Part shown: piece by piece, positions 40,958 through 47,922 of the stretch
How the letters are laid out: every line of letters starts with the position of its first letter
How positions within the stretch are numbered: the first letter of the stretch is position 1
NCBI GenBank assembly: GCA_026396875.1
Contig: JAPLVY010000004.1
Location: forward strand, 83,163-147,162
Reading direction: 5' to 3'
Origin: Candidatus Falkowbacteria bacterium
GTDB lineage: Bacteria; Patescibacteriota; Patescibacteriia; Patescibacteriales; UBA12465
DNA: 64,000 bases
The notes under the pieces: generated by a model
The model's input: only the letters and a program-made list of their open reading frames with translations
Told to the model about the DNA's origin: nothing
Databases searched by the model: none
Made by a program: the position numbers and the translations under genes

Positions 40958-42259
40958 TTATTCAAAAACCTGAATATCAGCGCCCAGTTGGTTAAGGCGT
41001 TCATAAAGGTTTTCGTAACCGCGGTCAATCGGGTAGGAATTTCTGAGTACCGACTTTCCTTTGGCGGCTAGCATGCAAATCAAGATATTGATTGAAGGGC
41101 GCAGGGCTGGCGGACAAACCATTTCATTTGGTTTCAGAATGCTCACACCTTTAACAATTACGCGGTGCGGATCCATCAAAGTGATCTCCGCTCCTAAACG
41201 ATTAAGTTCGATATAATAAATCGCTCTATTTTCATAAACCCAATCGTGCACAAGAGTCTGACCCTCGGCCTGGGTAAGTATCGGTACGAAAAGCGGCAAG
41301 TTGTCGATGTTCAGTCCCGGGTAAGGATTCGGATGAATCTTATCTGGCAGTGCTTTTAATTTTGAGGGAATGATTTCAATGTCAACGAGGTCAAAAAATT
41401 TATTTTTTGATTTATAGGTTTTGCTGATTTTTAATTTTTGTCCCATTACCTTTAATTTTTCTATCTCTAGGCGCAAATAATCAATTGGGCAACCGACAAT
41501 TTTTAAATGAGAGTGAGTCGTAATGGCTAGGGAAATAAAAGCCATGGATTCAATCGGGTCTGGCATGATGGGATAATTTTCTACCGGTTTTAATTTTTTT
41601 ACTCCAGTAATTTTTAAACGATTGATTCCAGACCATTCAATGTTAGCGCCAGCTGCCTTCAGGTAACAGATCAGATCTTGGATCATGTAATTCGAGGAAG
41701 CAAAATTTATTTCTGTTACGCCGTTGGTCAACACAGCAGCCATGATCGTGTTTTCGGTGGCGGTGTCGCCGCTTTCATACATCGTGAATGAAGCTGACTT
41801 CTTTTTGCTCGCATCAACCTGATATTCACTGTTTGTTTCTTTGATTTTAATTCCCATCTCCTTCATGGCAATCAAATACGGATTCACGGTACGCTTGCCC
41901 AGATTGCAACCGCCAGATTTTGGCAGGGAGAAAACCTTCAATTCGGTGGAAAGAGCACCCATTAGCAAGAGCGCAGAACGGGTTTTCAAAAAGGCTTCTT
42001 TATCAATTTCTTTGATTTTTATTTTGCCGTCATTGACTATTTCCAGGTGTTTGCCTTTTTCCCAACGAATTCTAATACCAATAGAAGACAAAACTTCAAT
42101 AATGCGATGCACCTCTTCAATCATTGGCACCTCGCTCAAAATAGTTTTCCCCTCAATCATGGCGGTAGCGCAAAGAATCGCTACTGCAGAATTTTTAGCT
42201 GAGTTTACAGTAATTTTACCAGTAAGCGGTTTCCCGCCATTTATTGTAAGATTGGCCAT
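40958..42259 (-). CDS. murA: UDP-N-acetylglucosamine 1-carboxyvinyltransferase
   Basis: SAKNSA, GGCNLGKR active-site Cys, ATENTIMAA, PDPIE and DRGYE motifs. Confidence 0.95.
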   Translation of the reverse strand: MANLTINGGKPLTGKITVNSAKNSAVAILCATAMIEGKTILSEVPMIEEVHRIIEVLSSIGIRIRWEKGKHLEIVNDGKIKIKEIDKEAFLKTRSALLLMGALSTELKVFSLPKSGGCNLGKRTVNPYLIAMKEMGIKIKETNSEYQVDASKKKSASFTMYESGDTATENTIMAAVLTNGVTEINFASSNYMIQDLICYLKAAGANIEWSGINRLKITGVKKLKPVENYPIMPDPIESMAFISLAITTHSHLKIVGCPIDYLRLEIEKLKVMGQKLKISKTYKSKNKFFDLVDIEIIPSKLKALPDKIHPNPYPGLNIDNLPLFVPILTQAEGQTLVHDWVYENRAIYYIELNRLGAEITLMDPHRVIVKGVSILKPNEMVCPPALRPSINILICMLAAKGKSVLRNSYPIDRGYENLYERLNQLGADIQVFE

Positions 42260-42407
42260 ATTATTTGAAACTAAGGCCGCCGGGGCGGACTTGAGCCATT
42301 TAGTACCTCCATCATATCCTATTTATTGACATTTTTCAAATATCTGCTATATTTAGAAAGTAATCAGGAATTCTCTGATTTTTTTAATGAATATTTCTAT
42401 CAAACTT

Positions 42408-42719
42408 ATGAAAATCGCGATTATTAAAACCGGCGGCAAACAGTATAAGGTTAAGGAAGGCCAGGTTGTTAAGATTGAAAAATTAGAGTTAGAAGGCGGC
42501 TCTGCTGTCAGTTTTGATACTCTTTTGGTCGCTGACGGTAATGGTGAAAACGTTGAAGTCGGTACCCCGACTTTGGGCGAACGAGTTACTGGCGAAGTTA
42601 TTAAGACCGAAAAGCAAGACAAGGTTTTGGTGGTCAAATACAAGAACAAGACCAGATACAAGAAAACCACTGGTCATCGTCAGAAAATGACTAGCGTCAT
42701 GATTCAGAAAATTGCCTAA
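42408..42719 (+). CDS. rplU: 50S ribosomal protein L21
   Basis: AIIKTGGKQYKV and GHRQ motifs. Confidence 0.97.
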   Translation: MKIAIIKTGGKQYKVKEGQVVKIEKLELEGGSAVSFDTLLVADGNGENVEVGTPTLGERVTGEVIKTEKQDKVLVVKYKNKTRYKKTTGHRQKMTSVMIQKIA

Positions 42720-42738
42720 TATTTATATTGGATACTCT

Positions 42739-42766
42739 AAAAAACCCGCCTGAAGGCGGGTTTTTT
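42739..42766 (+). terminator. rplU terminator
   Basis: AAAAACCCGCC-TGAA-GGCGGGTTTTTT. Confidence 0.85.
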
Positions 42767-42835
42767 GTGGAAATTATGGGTCATTTAGCATTTATTTAGC
42801 ATATATTTATCGCTACTGTGCAAAAATACTTGCCT

Positions 42836-42932
42836 GGGCCCGGCATGGATGAGGGACCAAATTCGACAATTGAGTCTCCGGAGTTCTCGCCTCGCGTCGC
42901 TCCGGCGAAGCGGGCGATTCCCCGCGGGTCCA
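42836..42932 (+). ncRNA. tRNA(Ala)/tmRNA-TLD-like RNA lacking a D-stem, with a hairpin inserted in the T-loop
   Basis: Acceptor GGGCCCG/CGGGTCC-A with G3:U70; GG-containing unpaired D-loop; stem GGGAC..GTCTC; T-arm CGGAG-TTC[29 nt]GATT-CCCCG. Confidence 0.5.
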
Positions 42933-42939
42933 CTCGCTA

Positions 42940-43048
42940 TTGACCGTTGGTATCCGTGTGATACAATTACTATGTCGAATTTGGTCCTATTACGCAAAAT
43001 GCGAGACGTGAAAATATAATCAAAAACCTCCCGTTTGGGAGGTTTTTG
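42940..43048 (+). ncRNA. Independently promoted small RNA (or 15-codon sORF) complementary to the upstream tRNA-like RNA
   Basis: TTGACC (42940)-16bp-TGa-TACAAT (42962); 5' TGTCGAATTTGGTCC is the reverse complement of 42854-42868; terminator AAAAACCTCCC-GTTT-GGGAGGTTTTT (shared with recR). Confidence 0.45.
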
Positions 43049-43053
43049 TATTT

Positions 43054-43650
43054 TCAGCATTCATTTCGATATTTTAGAGCATTGGTGATCGTCATTTCAT
43101 CAGCATATTCCAAATTTGCGCCCGCCGGAAGGCCTCTGGCCAAGCGGGTAAGCCTGACACCCTTTTCGCGTAAAATTTTGCTGAGGTACATTGAAGTGGC
43201 TTCGCCCTCAATGGTTGGGTCAAAGGCAAGGATGACCTCCTCTATTGGTTCTTGGTCTAATTTTTTTAATAATTCACGAATTCTTAATTTTTCCGGGCCA
43301 ACTCCTTCAACGGTATCGATTAGCCCGCCAAGGACAAAATATCTTCCGTTGTATTGTCTTGTGGCCTCAATTGCGGCTAATTCGCGGCTGTCAGCAATCA
43401 GGCAAAGGGTCTTTTGATCGCGATTGGCATCAAGACAGGTGGGACAGGGGCTTTTTTCTGAAATATTACCGCATAATTGGCAGATAATTGTTTTTTCCTT
43501 TAATTCACCGAGTCGCACAGAAAACTCCTTAGTCATTGACTCTGGCTGATCGAGCAAGAAAAAAGCGTAGCGTTCAGCGGTTTTGGGGCCAACACCAGGC
43601 AATTTTGCGAGCATTTCAATTAGTTTCTGTAAGGCTTCAGGATAACGCAT
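43054..43650 (-). CDS. recR: Recombination mediator RecR
   Basis: LPGVGPKTAERYA, C4 zinc finger, Toprim EGEAT...LARGLPAG..LEYAD. Confidence 0.97.
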   Translation of the reverse strand: MRYPEALQKLIEMLAKLPGVGPKTAERYAFFLLDQPESMTKEFSVRLGELKEKTIICQLCGNISEKSPCPTCLDANRDQKTLCLIADSRELAAIEATRQYNGRYFVLGGLIDTVEGVGPEKLRIRELLKKLDQEPIEEVILAFDPTIEGEATSMYLSKILREKGVRLTRLARGLPAGANLEYADEMTITNALKYRNEC

Positions 43651-43736
43651 TGACAAGATTGATTTTATGTATTATGATTATACTCTAGTTCTTATATAAT
43701 AGTAACATAATAACAATAAAAAAAGGAGATTTAAGT

Positions 43737-44015
43737 ATGGGGAAACAACTTGTCAGATTTGTTTTGGTTCAAGATGGAGACACGCAGACCAATGTACCGG
43801 TAGATTTTTTTGCTAAACCAGGGAAGAAAATTCCCGTAGCACATAGCTATCTAAAACCGGGCGTCGATATTGAATACATTGGTAACAAAAACAGCAAGTG
43901 TAAAACAGTTCAGGCGCACGCACAAAGAGCTGATAAAATTTTAGGAAAAGGGAAGAGGCTAAAGTTCTTGAAATTTAGCGATGAGGGGAAAGAACCAATT
44001 TATCGCCCAGTGTGA
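43737..44015 (+). CDS. Hypothetical basic protein with its own promoter, SD and terminator
   Basis: TTGACA (43650)-17bp-TATGAT; AAAGGAG SD; hairpin at ~44036-44075. Confidence 0.7.
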   Translation: MGKQLVRFVLVQDGDTQTNVPVDFFAKPGKKIPVAHSYLKPGVDIEYIGNKNSKCKTVQAHAQRADKILGKGKRLKFLKFSDEGKEPIYRPV

Positions 44016-44089
44016 TTAATGCTCTAGCATTCAAAAAAAGACCAGTCTTTACAACAGAAGGCCGGTCTTTTTCTTTTTTGTTCCAATTT

Positions 44090-44368
44090 TTATTTCATTA
44101 AGCCGTCCAAGCCACCCATGTCCTGGAGTTTTTTGGCCATCATTCTCTGGGCTTTCTTAATTGCTTCGTTGATAGCGTTTTTGACGGCATCTTCTTGAGC
44201 GCTCTGAGAAAGTTCTTTATTGAGGGAAACGCTAGAAACTTCCATGTTACCGTTAATCACAATTTTAACGCCGTTTTTTTCTTCAGTAAAAACTTCACCA
44301 GCCAGAGCACTCTGCATGGTTTTGGCTTGATCACGAAGATCTTTAATTTGTTTTAGTTTGTTGAACAT
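44090..44368 (-). CDS. ybaB: YbaB/EbfC nucleoid-associated protein
   Basis: QAKTMQ..L...V.I..NG...A.NEA..KA pattern; near recR. Confidence 0.88.
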   Translation of the reverse strand: MFNKLKQIKDLRDQAKTMQSALAGEVFTEEKNGVKIVINGNMEVSSVSLNKELSQSAQEDAVKNAINEAIKKAQRMMAKKLQDMGGLDGLMK

Positions 44369-44395
44369 AAATTTAAAAAATTATTTTTTTGAATA

Positions 44396-45805
44396 CTAAA
44401 AATCAATATTGTTATTAGTGCTATTTCCACCGACTTGCTTGGCCAGATTTTTAAAACTAACCGTTGTTTCATCAAAGAATAAATCAACTTTTCCTGTTGG
44501 CCCATTTCTATGTTTGGCAATATGGATTTCCGCCTTGTATCTTTCATCCATTGGTAAATCTTGAGGATTAAAGCTGCGATCAGCGGCTTTGCGGTAGATG
44601 AACATCACGATGTCGGCATCTTGCTCAATTGATCCAGAGTCGCGCAGATGTGAAAGTTTCGGGATTGCGGGGCTAGTGGCCTCCACAGCGCGAGATAACT
44701 GGGCAAGGGCAAGCACTGGAACATTTAGTTCGCGAGCAATACCTTTTAAACCGCGGCTGATTTCCGCAATTTCTTGAACGCGGTTATCGCCGTATTTTCC
44801 TCGACCTTCCATAAGCTGCAAATAGTCGACCATGATTAACCCCAAGCCTTTTTCCATTTGGAGTCTTCTGGCTTTGGCGCGAATTTCCATGATTGATAAG
44901 GTGCTGGAATCATCGATATAGATTGGTGCTTCAGCTAGTTGGCCCATGGCAGCGCCGATTTTGGCAAAGTCATTATCTTCTTCTTTATCGGATAAGTTGC
45001 CAGTGCGCATTTTCCATAAGCTGACATTCGCCTGCGAACAAAGCATGCGGTCGACAAGCTGCTCTTTGCTCATTTCCAAAGAGAATATTCCAACGCCCTC
45101 CTTGGTTTTAATTGCAGTTTGGCGCGCGATATCAAGAGCAAAAGAAGTTTTTCCGACAGAAGGACGGGCTGCCAAAATAATTAAATCCGATTTCTGCAAA
45201 CCGGCCAAGAGGTTGTCCAAATCGGTAAATCCAGTGGGTAGTCCGCGCAACTTACCGCCTTTTTTGTGCAACTCATCGATGCGATCAAAGGCCGCGGTTA
45301 GCAGATTATCGATTGGCAAGAAAGCGTTCTTCAAATATTTTCTGGAAACACCAAATATTTTTTGTTCGGTGGCGTCAAGGACTTCGTCGATATCGCTTTC
45401 CTCGTCAAAGCTCATCTTCATGATGTCACCGGCGGCTTGTTGTAGGCGGCGCAAGGTTGATTTCTTCTGGATGATGCTAGCGTAATAGGAAACATTGGCT
45501 GAGGTGGCAACAGCGTTACTTAATTGTGCTAAAAATGCTCGCCCACCGATTTTGGCCAATTGTTTTTTTTCTTCTAGGCGGTTGGCGAGAGTGATAACAT
45601 CAATCGGCTCGCGGTTGTTGTATAATTCATGAATCGCTTCATAGACAAACTTGTGGGCGTCTTTGTAGAAATCATCAGGAGTAACCTGGTCAACTACCTT
45701 AATGATTGAGTCTTTATCAATCAAAAGACAGCCCAAGAGAGACTGTTCGGCCTCCAGGCTTTGCGGTGGTACTTTTTCTAATAAATTTTTATTGTCTTCA
45801 GTCAT
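44396..45805 (-). CDS. dnaB: Replicative DNA helicase
   Basis: PPQSLEAEQSLLG, AARPSVGKT, DYLQLM, LRDSGSIEQDAD and KHRNGPTG motifs. Confidence 0.99.
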   Translation of the reverse strand: MTEDNKNLLEKVPPQSLEAEQSLLGCLLIDKDSIIKVVDQVTPDDFYKDAHKFVYEAIHELYNNREPIDVITLANRLEEKKQLAKIGGRAFLAQLSNAVATSANVSYYASIIQKKSTLRRLQQAAGDIMKMSFDEESDIDEVLDATEQKIFGVSRKYLKNAFLPIDNLLTAAFDRIDELHKKGGKLRGLPTGFTDLDNLLAGLQKSDLIILAARPSVGKTSFALDIARQTAIKTKEGVGIFSLEMSKEQLVDRMLCSQANVSLWKMRTGNLSDKEEDNDFAKIGAAMGQLAEAPIYIDDSSTLSIMEIRAKARRLQMEKGLGLIMVDYLQLMEGRGKYGDNRVQEIAEISRGLKGIARELNVPVLALAQLSRAVEATSPAIPKLSHLRDSGSIEQDADIVMFIYRKAADRSFNPQDLPMDERYKAEIHIAKHRNGPTGKVDLFFDETTVSFKNLAKQVGGNSTNNNIDF

Positions 45806-45968
45806 ATTGGTCTTACTATTTTAGCCGACTAGGCCCTTTTTATCAAGGTAAATTTAAGCACAGGATATCAACGGTTTATCCACCATCGGGGTTGACAAGA
45901 GTCAATTTTTTCTATATTTTTCTATATCTATAGCAGTAACGCAAATTAATAACAAAAAAAGGAGAACT

Positions 45969-46406
45969 ATGAACAGTGATCAGAATGCTCAAATTGAGCA
46001 AATGCTAGAAAATGAACAAATGATGGAATTAATTCTTTGTCTGTTGGATGTCAAAGTTTTATATCAAATCATCAATGTCGAAGAATTGGTACCGCCATCT
46101 TACGAAAAAAGGAGGGGACGTCAATCGCTCGGCTGTCTCCCCTTGCCACTTCAAAAAGCTTATACTTTGCTGATGGAGAAATCTAAGGAGAGATTATCTC
46201 TGGAGTCTGCCGCCAATCAAGACGGTCTTAGCACAATGGAATGCGAACGGGCTCTTTGTCTTAAAAATGAGACCAGATTGCTTGAAAGATTGTTGGAGAG
46301 TATTATTCGCGGAAGATTCGAACTTAGTTCCAGTGATCAATACAAAATCACTAATAATTGGGAGGTGGTAGTCAAAGTCAGCAGTCTAATTGAAACTGTT
46401 GAGTAA
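45969..46406 (+). CDS. Hypothetical protein
   Basis: AAAGGAG SD, TTGACA upstream and a terminator at ~46413-46440. Confidence 0.7.
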   Translation: MNSDQNAQIEQMLENEQMMELILCLLDVKVLYQIINVEELVPPSYEKRRGRQSLGCLPLPLQKAYTLLMEKSKERLSLESAANQDGLSTMECERALCLKNETRLLERLLESIIRGRFELSSSDQYKITNNWEVVVKVSSLIETVE

Positions 46407-46445
46407 AAAACAAAAAAGACCGAAAAAATCGGTCTTTTTAAATTT

Positions 46446-46521
46446 TGGAGCCGCCTGTCGGGTTTGAACCGACGACCTGCTGTTTACAAAACAGCTGCTC
46501 TACCAGCTGAGCTAAGACGGC
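46446..46521 (-). tRNA. tRNA-Thr(TGT)
   Basis: GCCGTCT/AGGCGGC acceptor, GCTGT-TTTGTAA-ACAGC anticodon arm, GGTTCAAACCC T-loop, encoded CCA. Confidence 0.97.
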
Positions 46522-46704
46522 AATAGAGTAAATATATTATAAATTCATTTTTTTATCAAGAGAGGCGCTTTTTGGTAATTTAAAAGGGCTCTTTTTGTGA
46601 GCCCTTTTGCCAAAATCACTAGCGAGGAGAGGTTCTTGTTCTGCGGCAAGCCCAATTGGGGAGTCGCAATTACCCTTTTAGAAGACAAAATTGTCTTACC
46701 TTGG

Positions 46705-46980
46705 CTACTTTTTTTCTGGTTCAGAGAAAGCTGTTTCTACAGCTTCGCGAACGAGTTCTTCAAGTATTGAAGAGATCTCTTCTTTTGTTGCTTGAAAACC
46801 TTGTTTTTTCAGGGCTTCAACTTGTTCACCGATCGCTCTCTTGAGGTCGGACTGGTTGAGGGTGATTGGACGCTTGCCCATCATTACCTTTAATAATGCA
46901 AAGGCAATTTCCCCTTTTCTGTTTGGATCTAATGTAGTTCCCAATTTTATTGTTTTTAAAGATTGGCTAAGTAAAATCAC
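46705..46980 (-). CDS. Hypothetical protein (start uncertain)
   Basis: ORF with plausible helical composition; hairpin at ~46582-46608 downstream. Confidence 0.55.
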   Translation of the reverse strand: MILLSQSLKTIKLGTTLDPNRKGEIAFALLKVMMGKRPITLNQSDLKRAIGEQVEALKKQGFQATKEEISSILEELVREAVETAFSEPEKK

Positions 46981-47114
46981 TTAGTTTTAACATCATAACA
47001 TTATTAATAAAATAAGTCAAATGTAGGCTATTAATCTACTATTGCCAATATTAAAAATATATGTTATTATTGGTTTACAATTATATTAGTCGTAAATTAA
47101 AAATAAATCTTCAA

Positions 47115-47396
47115 ATGAGAAACATGTTATTTTTCTTTTTTAGTATTCTTTCCGGCGCTTTATCGGCCGAAGTTTCTTTACCGTCACCAAAAATAGATAA
47201 TCCCAATATCTCTCCAGTGGAGGTATCTGGTTTTTGGGGTCAGTTTTTTCATGACTTTACCTTTATTCCGGCGGGAATAATTCTGATGGTAATTATTGCC
47301 TTTATCATCTTTAGATTGTCAAAGGGCAAGTATGGAGCAAAAATCAGGCAGTTTTTTAAGCGTTTCGAGCTTGACGATAATCACGGAGTAGCTTAG
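47115..47396 (+). CDS. Small membrane protein (signal peptide plus one TM)
   Basis: MRNMLFFFFSILSGALSA signal-like start; TM FIPAGIILMVIIAFIIF followed by basic residues. Confidence 0.6.
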   Translation: MRNMLFFFFSILSGALSAEVSLPSPKIDNPNISPVEVSGFWGQFFHDFTFIPAGIILMVIIAFIIFRLSKGKYGAKIRQFFKRFELDDNHGVA

Positions 47397-47581
47397 ACTT
47401 GGATTAATCTTTAACATCTTAAAAGCATGGAGAACAATCATCACCACGGCTACTTAGCCGACTGGGCAATTTTACCGGAAATACCGAAAAAATAATTTCG
47501 GTGAAAAAGCAGCAAAAAAAGCTGCTTTTTTTATTTTATTAATAAATAGCAAAAAAACTCCACATCAGTGGAGTTTTCTGT

Positions 47582-47783
47582 TTTGTGCGCCCAGCAGGAC
47601 TCGGTCACGATCACTAAGCTTTTCGCCTTCGCCTTGCTCCGCGAAAAGCAAGCGTCCCGACCCGGCCTCACGACGCGAGCCAAGGCTCGCATGTCGTTCC
47701 GGCTTTCGAGTCCTTGGATTGTGAACACAAATAAAAAAACCGGTGTAGACCGGTTTTTCTATTTGTGCGCCCAGCAGGACTCG
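47582..47783. repeat. 22-bp direct repeat of the tRNA-Lys 3' end (180-bp period) enclosing a GC-rich structured element
   Basis: TTTGTGCGCCCAGCAGGACTCG at 47582-47603 and 47762-47783. Confidence 0.9.
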
Positions 47784-47838
47784 AACCTGCGACCTTATCC
47801 TTAAAAGGGATCTGCTCTACCAACTGAGCTATGAGCGC
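47766..47838 (-). tRNA. tRNA-Lys(TTT)
   Basis: GCGCTCA/TGGGCGC acceptor, ATCC-CTTTTAA-GGAT anticodon arm, GCAGG-TTCGAGT-CCTGC T-arm; CCA not encoded. Confidence 0.95.
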
Positions 47839-47922
47839 CTGATTTTTTGTTCAAAAACAATTTGATAATATCAAACTAATTACACTTTGACAAGGGGGCG
47901 TTGGACTTTTATACTATTATTC

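Noticed and set aside
42854..42987. 6S RNA or invertible-segment interpretation of the 15-bp inverted repeat
   Set aside because: The enclosed sequence does not form the 6S rod with a central bubble, and no recombinase is nearby. Not fully excluded without a covariance search.
42785..43060. 91-aa minus-strand ORF across the structured RNA region
   Set aside because: It starts inside the recR stop/terminator and has no motif; likely a by-product of GC-rich structured DNA.
45876..45884. DnaA-box-like TTATCCACC upstream of dnaB
   Set aside because: Single 8/9 match with no cluster; insufficient for oriC or regulation.
47427..47495. 22-codon ORF MENNHHHGYLADWAILPEIPKK
   Set aside because: Too short, with no SD or other support; three His codons alone do not indicate an attenuator.
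47531..47804. Short ORFs (65 and 78 aa) over the tRNA-Lys repeat
   Set aside because: They overlap the tRNA and terminators; spurious.
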